Shown here in pieces: positions 53,163 through 62,446 of a stretch of 64,000 bases of DNA. A model generated the notes under the pieces. That model had not been told where the DNA came from, made no database searches, and was given only the letters and a program-made list of their open reading frames with translations. Numbering within the stretch: the first letter of the stretch is position 1; each line of letters begins with the position of its first letter. Source of the stretch: an uncultured bacterium (GTDB taxonomy: Bacteria; Bacillota; Clostridia; Oscillospirales; CAG-272); assembly GCA_949293405.1 (NCBI GenBank), contig CASFDI010000067.1, positions 534 through 64,533 on the forward strand, written 5' to 3'. A program made the position numbers and the translations under genes.

Positions 53163-53990
53163 ATGAAAAGACTTTTTGCAGTTTTGCTGGTTCTGTCACT
53201 TGTGCTGACCGTGCTTGCCGGATGCGGTACAGACGCAGACCAGACCACTCCTGCCACGACCACGACAGGGGCGGCAACACCCGACCCGATCACAACCGAA
53301 TATTCCTTTGTCGCCGGATACGAAAAAGAGATCGATATGGGCGGCACAGTGGTTTCGACGCAGGCATCTGTCCTGATGAATCTGTACAGTGACAACACCG
53401 CCGAGATTTACATCGGGTATATGGGCATGGGCGGATACTCCTCCGCATGCTATGAGGGCACCTACACCATGACGCCTGATCTTGATGAACTGGATCTCAG
53501 TCTGACCTATACATACACCAGCGGAGAAGAAGAGCAGACCGCTACCATTGATACCACGCTTGTCGGGTTCAGTTTTGACGCTTCCGTCTTTCTGATTGCC
53601 TCCTTCCCCTCTGAGCCGCTGACCTTCTATGAAATCCCTCCCGTGACGCTTGGCGAAGGAGACGGTTATGTCGGCATTCTGGTCAAAACTACCGGTATGG
53701 GCGAAATGATTTACGCTTACTATCTGGAAATGAACGGTGACAATACCTTTACGGTTGCGGCCCTGCAGCACGCCGCGGTTATGCACATCGCGGAAACCCA
53801 GAACGGCACATATACCCGCGACGGCGAGACGGTTGTATTCACCTACGATGTGATGGGAGACGGCGAAGTGCAGGCTGAAGACCACACCTCGACCTGTTCT
53901 GATTTCGCAGAACAGACGCTGACGGTCGGCTTCAATGTCGGCCAGGCAGGCACCCCCACCACCCCCGCGCCTTTCATCAAAGTAAAATAA
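53163..53990 (+). CDS. hypothetical lipoprotein (lipocalin-like motifs)
   Basis: Lipobox LTVLAGCG, then a Thr/Pro-rich linker and beta-rich repeats with DNTFTV ... GTYTRDGETVVFTYD. RBS AAAGGAG. Confidence 0.6.
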   Translation: MKRLFAVLLVLSLVLTVLAGCGTDADQTTPATTTTGAATPDPITTEYSFVAGYEKEIDMGGTVVSTQASVLMNLYSDNTAEIYIGYMGMGGYSSACYEGTYTMTPDLDELDLSLTYTYTSGEEEQTATIDTTLVGFSFDASVFLIASFPSEPLTFYEIPPVTLGEGDGYVGILVKTTGMGEMIYAYYLEMNGDNTFTVAALQHAAVMHIAETQNGTYTRDGETVVFTYDVMGDGEVQAEDHTSTCSDFAEQTLTVGFNVGQAGTPTTPAPFIKVK

Positions 53991-54028
53991 TTTTTCTGAA
54001 AGTAATTTTATCCAAAGGAGATCCGATC

Positions 54029-54727
54029 ATGGGAAGAGAAAGAAACGAACAGGGCGAGCTCAACCGCTTTTTCCGCTGGGCATACAGCACCCGTGCAAAG
54101 AATGTACAGGCGATGGCCGACGGCGCAATGCAGCGCGGCGAAATGACGCCTGAGAAAATGTTCCTCAGCTTTACCTCACACGACCCGACATTCATCAGCA
54201 ACGGCCCCGCCGGACTCAACGGCTCTGTCAAGGGAATCGGTTTTATTCCCCGCGAGGAATATCTGCAGGCCGCATTGGAAGCATATATTGCTCATATCCG
54301 CACCTTTGACCCGGATGACAAGACCTACAGCGACCGCGGCCTGAAACTGCTCATCAAGTGGCTCTATAGCGAAGAAGCCGAAAAGACGATTGATTTCGAG
54401 CATATCTACAGCGTGGAAATGGCCTTTAAGCACAGCTACGAAAACTATAAAGTCAACCCGGAAGCTACACTGGTCTTCTATCAGCCGCCTGTCATCAGTT
54501 ATGAAGTACGCGGAAAAATGGAGATTATCGGCGAACATCATGAGAAGGGATCGGTTTCCCCGTTTGAGCTGCCCGTTCTGCAACAGTTTGTCAACGCACA
54601 GCACGATGTCTACCATTATCCCAACATTGAGCGCTGGGTCACCCGCCCGGTTTATAAATTCACGGTTGAAGAGATCTTCGATAACTCGGCCAACCAGAAC
54701 GGCTTCGGGACCCAAATTCCATACTGA
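54029..54727 (+). CDS. hypothetical cytoplasmic protein (possible split-barrel fold; weak guess)
   Basis: 232 aa, no signal peptide. RBS AAAGGAG. The segment NPEATLVFYQPPVISYEVRGKMEIIGE resembles PNPOx/HugZ-type split barrels. This is not verifiable by eye. Confidence 0.5.
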   Translation: MGRERNEQGELNRFFRWAYSTRAKNVQAMADGAMQRGEMTPEKMFLSFTSHDPTFISNGPAGLNGSVKGIGFIPREEYLQAALEAYIAHIRTFDPDDKTYSDRGLKLLIKWLYSEEAEKTIDFEHIYSVEMAFKHSYENYKVNPEATLVFYQPPVISYEVRGKMEIIGEHHEKGSVSPFELPVLQQFVNAQHDVYHYPNIERWVTRPVYKFTVEEIFDNSANQNGFGTQIPY

Positions 54728-54744
54728 AGATCCGGAGATATAGC

Positions 54745-56652
54745 ATGAAAGCCAAACGATTGCTCTGCCTGCTGCTTGCCGCACTGATGCTGGCCGGTAG
54801 CTGTCTGCTCTTTGCGGGCTGCGGGCGGGAAGAAAAATATGCGGGAGCGTTGGTGATCGGATCGTCCACCCTCCCGAAAAACCTCAATCCCTACTCTTCC
54901 ACCTCTTCCACTTTCTTTGTGGATCTGTTTTATGACACCCTGCTGGGGGCGGCTGCTACACCTGTCGGTTACACTGCCGATCCGGAAAACTTCCGCTTTC
55001 CGGACGGCAGTACCTTCACCCCGGTCGATACCAGCAACAACCCGCTCGCCTTCACGGATAATCTGCTGTCCTACGAAGGAGCACTTCCCCGCCCGGACGG
55101 TTCGGATTACGGATATGTATACTTTGATCCCACAGAGGAGCAGTGGGAAGAACAGTGCGAACGCGAATCGATCCGCGAAGGCTTCGATGAAGTCGGACTT
55201 CCGATTGAGGAAACCCACGAAGAGTTTCTCGCACGTGCGGAAGAGACGGTTCCGCGGGAAAACTGGATGGAATTCCGGTTTGCAGTGCGTCCGGGATACA
55301 CCTGGAACGACGGCACGCCTTTTACCGCAGAAGACATCAAGTTTACCTTCGACTACATCATCAGACACAAGGCGGAGCTCTCCAGTCAGGCATACTTCCT
55401 GACCGACTACTACCAGAGCTCTGTGGAAGAAGACGGTGACTTCGTCTTTATCCTGGCGTCCAACAACTACTCTGCCATGAAATCGATCTGCAACAGTATT
55501 GTGATTCTGCCCCAGCATATCTGGCAGACTGTGCGTAAGCCCCAGGAAGAAAAGAACCTGAACCCGGTAGGCACAGGCCCCTACTACCTCAAGGCGGAAG
55601 ACTACATTGCAGACAGTTCGATCACGGTTACCATCCGCGACGACTACAATGAAGCGCTGCTCAGGGAGGATTTTGCAGGAGAGCCGGTTGCCAATATCAG
55701 CGTGCAGCTGATGAGCAATCTGGATGTACTGATCCAGTCCCTGCAGCAGGGTGATATCCATATGATTATGGACACCATCGACACAACAAAGGCCTATCAG
55801 GTCATGAATAATTCCGCATACAGCAATATTGACATGTCCTCGACCCGCAACGACTTTGTCACCACGCTGCTCTTCAATGTGGGGCCTTACGGCGCTTTCC
55901 GGGAAGGCGAACTCAACGGCTACTCCCAGCAGATCCGTGAAGCGATTTCCCTGTGTATCGATCAGCAGTCCCTGATTTCCGAGGTGCTCTTCGGAATGGG
56001 CACCACGGTAGGCGACGGTCTGGTGCAGTCTTATATGGCGCATGCCCTGGTAGATGAAAACGGAAATTATGTGGAGCACCACACCGATGTTGCTGCGGCA
56101 AACGCCCTGCTTGACACTACCACCTATCTGAAAGATGCGGACGGATACCGCGGTCTGACCTTTACCGTCCTTGCTTCTCCCGAACAGGAGACGCTTGTCC
56201 GTGCCATCGGCAACCAGCTCGCCGCCATCGGAATCCGCCTGGAATACGAAATGGCGACAAGCACCTATGCCGAGGACATCAAGCAGTACAATCATGCCGA
56301 TTTTGACATGATTCTCAACTCGGTGACCTTCGGCGCGGATAAACTGCTGATGTTCAGCGCACGGTACGGCACCTACAATACCGGCAGCCCGCGTGTATTC
56401 AACTACTCCGGCGTTATCGACGAAGAACTGAACGAGCTGATGCTTCAGATGGAGCGCACCGCAAATACACAGCAGCAATACGAACTCAGCCGCGAAGTAC
56501 AGGCGCGCATTGCTGAGCTGGCCGTTGAAATTCCCTTGTTCTCGCAAAACATGATCACCTTTTATTCAGACAGCGTATTCAGCGGATGGATCGAAACCGA
56601 AGGCTCATCCATCTGGAACGGATACACCCTGCGTTATCTGAAAGTAAACTGA
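54745..56652 (+). CDS. ABC transporter substrate-binding lipoprotein, family 5 (Opp/Dpp/Nik type)
   Basis: Lipobox LLFAGCG. 635 aa. It has family-5 blocks (RPGYTWNDGTPFTAEDIKFTFDY, GTGPYYLK). Confidence 0.85.
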   Translation: MKAKRLLCLLLAALMLAGSCLLFAGCGREEKYAGALVIGSSTLPKNLNPYSSTSSTFFVDLFYDTLLGAAATPVGYTADPENFRFPDGSTFTPVDTSNNPLAFTDNLLSYEGALPRPDGSDYGYVYFDPTEEQWEEQCERESIREGFDEVGLPIEETHEEFLARAEETVPRENWMEFRFAVRPGYTWNDGTPFTAEDIKFTFDYIIRHKAELSSQAYFLTDYYQSSVEEDGDFVFILASNNYSAMKSICNSIVILPQHIWQTVRKPQEEKNLNPVGTGPYYLKAEDYIADSSITVTIRDDYNEALLREDFAGEPVANISVQLMSNLDVLIQSLQQGDIHMIMDTIDTTKAYQVMNNSAYSNIDMSSTRNDFVTTLLFNVGPYGAFREGELNGYSQQIREAISLCIDQQSLISEVLFGMGTTVGDGLVQSYMAHALVDENGNYVEHHTDVAAANALLDTTTYLKDADGYRGLTFTVLASPEQETLVRAIGNQLAAIGIRLEYEMATSTYAEDIKQYNHADFDMILNSVTFGADKLLMFSARYGTYNTGSPRVFNYSGVIDEELNELMLQMERTANTQQQYELSREVQARIAELAVEIPLFSQNMITFYSDSVFSGWIETEGSSIWNGYTLRYLKVN

Positions 56653-56708
56653 TCACATCGTCCGAAACCCGGCTGTGCCGGGTTTCGCTTTAGAGAGGAA
56701 CCACCGCT

Positions 56709-57815
56709 ATGAAGCGATATTATGCCCAGAAACTGATCAGCGCGGTTTTTGTACTCTTCATTATCATCACGCTGAACTTTTTCCTGCCACGAATGATGTT
56801 CGACGATCCGGCGCAGCCCTACTACGCCGGTGTGCCGGAGGACGCCTATGCTCTCCGCCAGGAGATCCGGGAAGCCAACGGATTCAACGATCCTCTGATC
56901 GTACAGTACGGCGCATATCTCGGGCGCCTGTTCACACTGAATTTCGGCACTTCTTACATATATAAGGAGCCGGTTTTCCAGGTGATGTTCTCGCGGATCC
57001 CATGGTCACTGGTCATAACGCTGACCTCCATGGTCGTGTCGGTCATTGTTGGAATCCTGATCGGTGCCTATGTCGGTAAGAGACGCGAGATGACTGCCGA
57101 TAAAGTTCTGCTCGGCTTTTCCACCGTGACCACTGCCATCCCGTCTTTCTGGCTGGCACTGGTTTCTATCATGCTGCTGGCATTTATCATTCCGATCTTC
57201 CCGTACCGTGGTGCCATGACTCCCGGCTATACACTGGGATTCCATACAATACCGTTTCTGGTGGTGTTCTTGCTTTTCATTGCGGCAGCCATTGCTCTGC
57301 GGATTATTTTACGGAAATCGATTTTCCTCTTCACCGTGATTCCCGCCGGCTTGCTGGTTGCCCTGCTGGTTGCTGTTCCCCCGGCGGATGTTCTGGATGT
57401 CCTCTACCATGCAGCCCTGCCCCTCATCGTTGTCATTTTCGGCAGTTGTATTTCCTACTCCCTGCTGGTGCGCAACAGCATGATTGCGGTCACATCGGAA
57501 GACTACATCCTGACTGCCCGGGCCAAAGGGTTGCCGCCTCGTGTGGTACTCTATAAACATACTTTCCGCAACGCGCTGCTTCCCCTGATCACCAATGTCG
57601 GCATGTCCCTGTCCGGACTGATCGGTGGATCGGTCCTGATTGAAAAGATTTTCAGCTGGCCCGGAATGGGACAGTTGCTTCTGGAGGCTACCAACAACGG
57701 CGACTATCTGCTTTCCCAGGCGATTCTGCTGCTTTTCGCTATTCTGACCATTACCTTCAACCTGATTACCGATCTTGTATACCATAAATTTGACCCGCGG
57801 GTCACCCGCGCGTGA
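56709..57815 (+). CDS. ABC transporter permease (OppB/DppB/NikB-like)
   Basis: N-terminal YYAQKLISAVFVLFIIITLNFFLPR pattern and the EAA-loop region (DYILTARAKGLPPRVVLYKHTFRNAL). Confidence 0.88.
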   Translation: MKRYYAQKLISAVFVLFIIITLNFFLPRMMFDDPAQPYYAGVPEDAYALRQEIREANGFNDPLIVQYGAYLGRLFTLNFGTSYIYKEPVFQVMFSRIPWSLVITLTSMVVSVIVGILIGAYVGKRREMTADKVLLGFSTVTTAIPSFWLALVSIMLLAFIIPIFPYRGAMTPGYTLGFHTIPFLVVFLLFIAAAIALRIILRKSIFLFTVIPAGLLVALLVAVPPADVLDVLYHAALPLIVVIFGSCISYSLLVRNSMIAVTSEDYILTARAKGLPPRVVLYKHTFRNALLPLITNVGMSLSGLIGGSVLIEKIFSWPGMGQLLLEATNNGDYLLSQAILLLFAILTITFNLITDLVYHKFDPRVTRA

Positions 57816-57830
57816 GAAGGAGGAGCCGAT

Positions 57831-58853
57831 ATGGAAAAAGCAAAAAAAATTGCCTCATCGGTCGGTGCCGCCTGCGCGCGTGCAGGAATTGCAATCGGAC
57901 GCCTGTTTGCGAAGATCTGGAAGAATCCCAAGGGCAGACGGGGACTGATCATGGTGGGAATCGTAGTGCTTGCGGCACTGCTGGCACCTATCCTTACCCC
58001 CTACGATCTGCACGAGTACAATGTAACGGAGGGGTTGCAGCAGCCTTCCTTCTCCCACTGGCTCGGGACCGACAAGAACGGTGTCGACATTATGACCCAG
58101 GTTCTCTACGGTGCCCGCATTTCCCTGATTATCGGCATCACAACCGGCATTTCGGTCACTTTGCTGGGCGCCATCATGGGAATCATGTCCGCCTATTTCG
58201 GAAAAGTGCTCAGCGTCACCATTCTCAATCTGATCAATGTCCTGCTGGTGGTGCCTACCCTGCCGCTGATGATGGTACTTTCCAATATTTCATCCAGTTA
58301 TGTGATGATGATCCTGATTTTCACCCTCTTCGGCTGGTGCGGTACCGCCCGCATGATCCGTGCGCAGGTACTTTCCATTGTCAACATGAACTATGTGCGC
58401 GCCGCCGAGTTGTCGGGCGCAAGCAAAAGCTACATCATGTTCCGCCACATCATGCCGGCGGTTGCACACCTTCTGATCATGAACTGCGCGCTCTCCTGCG
58501 CGGGCTTCATGGTGGCGGAAGCGGGACTCAGCTTTATCGGGTTGGGTGATGCTTCGGTCATGAGTTGGGGTAAAATTCTGGTTGCCGCAGAACGCGATGC
58601 CTTTACCTCCGGTCTGTGGGCCTGGGTGCTCGCGCCCGGCGTTGCCATTTTCTTCACGGTATTTGGCTTTATGCAGGTGGGATATGCCCTGGAAGAAATA
58701 TTCAACCCGCGTGTCAAGCGGAAGAAAACTTCGTCCAAAGATTCCCGCTCGGCCACAGAGTCTGCTGATGCGATTTTTGCCTCTATGGAAGACCTGCCGC
58801 TCGAAGATGCCAAAACACTGAAAGAAGCCTACCTGAAAGGAGAAACACACTGA
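57831..58853 (+). CDS. ABC transporter permease (OppC/DppC/NikC-like)
   Basis: HWLGTDKNGVDIMTQVLYGARISL and NYVRAAELSGASKSYIMFRHIMP blocks. An extra charged C-terminal tail is present. Confidence 0.88.
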   Translation: MEKAKKIASSVGAACARAGIAIGRLFAKIWKNPKGRRGLIMVGIVVLAALLAPILTPYDLHEYNVTEGLQQPSFSHWLGTDKNGVDIMTQVLYGARISLIIGITTGISVTLLGAIMGIMSAYFGKVLSVTILNLINVLLVVPTLPLMMVLSNISSSYVMMILIFTLFGWCGTARMIRAQVLSIVNMNYVRAAELSGASKSYIMFRHIMPAVAHLLIMNCALSCAGFMVAEAGLSFIGLGDASVMSWGKILVAAERDAFTSGLWAWVLAPGVAIFFTVFGFMQVGYALEEIFNPRVKRKKTSSKDSRSATESADAIFASMEDLPLEDAKTLKEAYLKGETH

Positions 58854-59887
58854 TGCAACCCGTATTGGATATACACGGTCTGAAAGTGCTGTTCCGGGTG
58901 GGCAACACCTATATCCGTGCCGTAGAAGGAGTGGATATCACGGTCGGAGAAGGTGAAAGCGTGGCAATCGTGGGTGAATCGGGATGCGGCAAAAGCGTCA
59001 CCGGACTTGCCTGTATGAAACTGCTTGCCCAGCAGAACGCAGTCTATACCGCCAAGAAAATGACCCTTCAGACCAAGGACGGCCATGTTCACGACCTGCT
59101 GTCCGAAAGCGAAAACGGTATGCTCGCCCTGCGTGCTGAACAGATCGCAATGATTTTCCAGGATCCGTCCACCTTTCTCAATCCGGTCATGACGGTAGGA
59201 GAACAGATGGATGAAGTCTTCCTGTATCACCCGGGAGCAGTCACACAGGAGGACGGAAAAGCCGCGCACAAACTTTCGCGCGACGAGGCGAAACGTCTTT
59301 CACTTGAGCAGTTCCGGCGCGTGGGGATCCCTGACCCGGAAATGCGTTACAAACAGTTTCCCCATGAGCTGTCAGGCGGACTGAAGCAACGCATTCTGAT
59401 CGCTATGGCAACAGCTTGCAAACCGCGGCTGCTGATTGCAGACGAACCCACAACCGCCCTTGATGTGACCATTCAGGCACAGATACTGGATCTGATCACT
59501 ACTCTGCGCCGCGAAAGCGGCATGTCCCTGCTGATGATCACCCATGATCTGGGCGTTGTCCGCGCGGTCGCGGAACGCTGCTATGTCATGTACTGCGGCA
59601 AGATTGTGGAGCATGGCTATGTGCGCGACATTCTTGAGCATCCGCTTCACCCGTATACCAAGGCGCTGATCGATACGGTCCCCGGACTTGACGACCGGGT
59701 GGAACGGTTTGTGCAGATTCCGCACAATGTGCCTCACCCCTCGCAGAAGCCTTCCGGATGCTTTTTTTCCAACCGGTGCGCCTTTTGCACCGGGATCTGC
59801 CAGAGTGCCATGCCGCCCCTGCGGGAACCGGTACCCGGCCGGCAGACCCGGTGCTGGTTTGATAAGGAGGAGTTATGGGAGAAATAA
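58853..59887 (+). CDS. ABC transporter ATP-binding protein (OppD/DppD-like)
   Basis: Walker A GESGCGKS, signature LSGGLKQR and Walker B LIADEPTTALD, plus the C-terminal Opp-type Cys-containing extension. Confidence 0.9.
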   Translation: MQPVLDIHGLKVLFRVGNTYIRAVEGVDITVGEGESVAIVGESGCGKSVTGLACMKLLAQQNAVYTAKKMTLQTKDGHVHDLLSESENGMLALRAEQIAMIFQDPSTFLNPVMTVGEQMDEVFLYHPGAVTQEDGKAAHKLSRDEAKRLSLEQFRRVGIPDPEMRYKQFPHELSGGLKQRILIAMATACKPRLLIADEPTTALDVTIQAQILDLITTLRRESGMSLLMITHDLGVVRAVAERCYVMYCGKIVEHGYVRDILEHPLHPYTKALIDTVPGLDDRVERFVQIPHNVPHPSQKPSGCFFSNRCAFCTGICQSAMPPLREPVPGRQTRCWFDKEELWEK

Positions 59888-60864
59888 TCCTGTCCACAAA
59901 CGAACTTTCGGTTGACTTCCGCATCCAGAACAAGGTTTTCGGTTCTCCCGATATCCTCTCGGCTGTCAGCAAAGTAAACCTGCAGATTGAACGGGGCGAA
60001 ATTTTCGGCCTGGTCGGTGAATCCGGATGCGGCAAAACCACTTTGGCGAACGCTATTCTCGGCTTTGTCAAGCCGACCGCCGGCTCAGTTTCCTTTATGG
60101 GTCATACTCTCACCCGGACCACTTCCCCGAAGGTGTGGAGACAGGCTCGGCGCAATATGCAGATGGTCTTCCAGGACCCCTACACCTCGCTTGACGCGCG
60201 TATGCCGGTCTGGCAGCTGGTCAGCGAACCGCTGTATATCAACGGAGAGCGCAATGAGCATGTCCTGAGGGAACGCGCAGAGGAACTTCTGTTGCGCGTC
60301 GGTCTCGGCCGGGACGATCTGGACCGGCATGTATTTGAGTTTTCAGGCGGACAGCGGCAGCGCATTGCCATTGCGCGTGCGCTGATCGGTGGGGCAAAAT
60401 TCATCGTCTGCGACGAGCCGGTGTCGGCCCTGGATGTTTCGGTCCACTCCCAGATCTGCAATCTGCTGCTCGATCTGCAGCAGGAAATGGAACTGACTTA
60501 TCTGTTCATCTCACATAATCTTTCCCTGATCAAGCACATTACCAAACATATGGCGGTGATGTATCTGGGCACGGTTCTTGAATGCGGCAGTACCGAGGAG
60601 ATTTTCCGTTCACCGGAATGCCCCTATACACAAGCCCTGATTTCTTCCATTCTGCAACTGCATCCTACAGCAGATACGCAGAAGATTATCCTGCGTGGCG
60701 AAGCGACAAGCCCGGTCAACGCGCCTCTCACCTGCCGGTTTGCCTCCCGGTGCAGTGCGGCCTGTGAAAAGTGCAGAACCGCTCCCCTGCCCCCACTGAC
60801 CAATATCGGGAATGACCATTTTACCAGTTGTCATCTGGCATTGCAGGAGGGATCACATGAATAA
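59875..60864 (+). CDS. ABC transporter ATP-binding protein (OppF/DppF-like)
   Basis: Walker A GESGCGKTT, signature FSGGQRQR and Walker B IVCDEPVSALD. It overlaps the preceding gene by 13 nt. Confidence 0.9.
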   Translation: MGEIILSTNELSVDFRIQNKVFGSPDILSAVSKVNLQIERGEIFGLVGESGCGKTTLANAILGFVKPTAGSVSFMGHTLTRTTSPKVWRQARRNMQMVFQDPYTSLDARMPVWQLVSEPLYINGERNEHVLRERAEELLLRVGLGRDDLDRHVFEFSGGQRQRIAIARALIGGAKFIVCDEPVSALDVSVHSQICNLLLDLQQEMELTYLFISHNLSLIKHITKHMAVMYLGTVLECGSTEEIFRSPECPYTQALISSILQLHPTADTQKIILRGEATSPVNAPLTCRFASRCSAACEKCRTAPLPPLTNIGNDHFTSCHLALQEGSHE

Positions 60865-61543
60865 CAACACGCAGCATCCCCCTTGCCCCTGCAAACCGCA
60901 GTGTCCGCATTACGGACATTGCCGCGACTGCATTGAGGCACATCGGAAGTACTATACGCCCCCCTTCTGCGTCCGGCAGATGCAGAAGGAAATGAAAGAA
61001 AAGCATCTGCACCCGATCAATCCACATCAGAAGACTACACTCACCGAACGGATTGAAACTTTTTACCGGGAGCATCCCGACGAACACCTGCGCTCGGTTG
61101 CACAGGCGCTCGGTATCACCGAGTGGCAGCTGCTGGATGCCATGACCGGTGCGATACCGGTCCCGACAGCGGACTACCCCGCTATCTATGACCGGCTGGC
61201 AGGGCTGCATGCCGTGCTGCTGCATCTGGATACCGGAGCGGTGATCTTTCAACTGGAAACCGCACTGCCGCCGCGGACAGAGATGCACGAGGCGCACCTG
61301 CTCCGGAAAGCCTCAGACGGAATGTCCATGACCGCCCTGCTCTTCCCGCAGAATCTGTACGCCGCCTTTCTGGTGCGTGAACAACTGTACGGCAAGGAGA
61401 GCCTGAGTCTGGCGCTGGTAGGAGAAGACGAACGGATTGCCCTTTCCTTCTATCTGCGCCGCGACGCACAGGGCGTGATGGACACTGCATCCAAAGAGCT
61501 GTTTCTGGATCTGTGGAAGCACTATGCCCCGACAGAATCGTAA
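60857..61543 (+). CDS. fusion protein: N-terminal Cys-rich small domain plus C-terminal ChuX/HutX-like (heme-utilisation carrier-like) domain
   Basis: The start overlaps the OppF-like stop by 8 nt. RBS AGGAGGGA. The N-terminus is PPCPCKPQCPHYGHCRDCIEAHRKYYTPPFC. The C-terminal roughly 160 aa parallels V. cholerae HutX block by block (see findings). Confidence 0.6.
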   Translation: MNNNTQHPPCPCKPQCPHYGHCRDCIEAHRKYYTPPFCVRQMQKEMKEKHLHPINPHQKTTLTERIETFYREHPDEHLRSVAQALGITEWQLLDAMTGAIPVPTADYPAIYDRLAGLHAVLLHLDTGAVIFQLETALPPRTEMHEAHLLRKASDGMSMTALLFPQNLYAAFLVREQLYGKESLSLALVGEDERIALSFYLRRDAQGVMDTASKELFLDLWKHYAPTES

Positions 61544-61576
61544 TCCCCGAAATTCATCATACAAAGGAGACTCATT

Positions 61577-62422
61577 ATGAAAAAGTTCTGGCTGACAACA
61601 CTGGCCCTGCTCTGTCTTCTGGCCCTGCTCGCCTCCTGCGGCGGAACGGAGACCGGCACTACTACGGCAGGTACCACCCCTGATGCAGGCACTACGGCGC
61701 CTGAAAACACCACAGCCCCCGATCAAACCACAGCGCCCACCGAAACAACCCCCGGCACGACTGCCCCCGAAGCCCCCACGACCTCTGAAAAGGAACTGGC
61801 AGCCGGTATCTATGAAACCACCATCACCCCCGAGGGTATGCCCATGTCCTTCGCCATTCACCTGACCGTCAAGGCGGACAACACCTTTGTCCTCTCCAAC
61901 GGCACCGATGAAAAGGGCAGCGGCACCTGGGCGGTTGCAGACGGTGTTTATACCCTGGATTTCGGCAATGAGAAGACCTCGCGCTTTGTCGTACTGGCAA
62001 ACGATGATCTCTTCTTCCTCGACAGCCTGCCCTACGGCGCCGCTTCTGTTTCCATTGACTCGGTGGACGAGATCCGCATTCCGCTGACTTCCCGCATTTC
62101 CGAGAAGACGCTGGCGACCGGCATTTACGAAACCACCATCACCCCTGAGGGCATGCCCATGTCCTTCGCCATTCACCTGACCGTCAAGGCGGACAATACC
62201 TTTGTCCTCTCCAACGGCACCGATGAAAAAGGCAGCGGCACCTGGGCGGTTGGTGCCAACGGCGTCTACACGCTCGATTTCGGCAATGAGAAGACCTCAC
62301 GCTTTGTCGTTCTGGCAAACGATGATCTCTTCTTCCTCGACAGCCTGCCCTACGGCGCGGCTTCGGTCTCCATTGACTCAGTGGACGAGATCCGGATCCC
62401 GCGTACCGGAGATGTTCAGTAA
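61577..62422 (+). CDS. lipoprotein with a Thr/Pro-rich linker and two tandem ~100-aa lipocalin-like modules
   Basis: Lipobox LLASCGG, then a T/P/A-rich linker (residues about 24-70), then two near-identical modules. RBS AAAGGAG. Confidence 0.75.
   Translation: MKKFWLTTLALLCLLALLASCGGTETGTTTAGTTPDAGTTAPENTTAPDQTTAPTETTPGTTAPEAPTTSEKELAAGIYETTITPEGMPMSFAIHLTVKADNTFVLSNGTDEKGSGTWAVADGVYTLDFGNEKTSRFVVLANDDLFFLDSLPYGAASVSIDSVDEIRIPLTSRISEKTLATGIYETTITPEGMPMSFAIHLTVKADNTFVLSNGTDEKGSGTWAVGANGVYTLDFGNEKTSRFVVLANDDLFFLDSLPYGAASVSIDSVDEIRIPRTGDVQ
61787..62401 (+). repeat. intragenic tandem duplication (2 x about 300 nt, period 315 nt)
   Basis: Core copy 1 is 61805-62083 and core copy 2 is 62120-62401. 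My manual codon alignment gives about 20 synonymous third-position differences and one replaced patch (AD versus GAN). Confidence 0.9.
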
Positions 62423-62446
62423 GTAAATTTCAGACGCAACCGTTAT

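Noticed and set aside
54652-56547. A 631-aa minus-strand ORF. Similar long antisense ORFs occur at 24988-26988 (+), 44533-46050 (-), 12605-13900 (-), 544-1827 (+), 35910-37187 (-) and 38243-39280 (-).
   Set aside because: Each lies opposite a confidently identified gene (binding protein, dxs/AraC, beta-helix protein, asnS, pepF, YnbB-like, nifS). None has motifs or translation signals, so I treat them as shadow ORFs.
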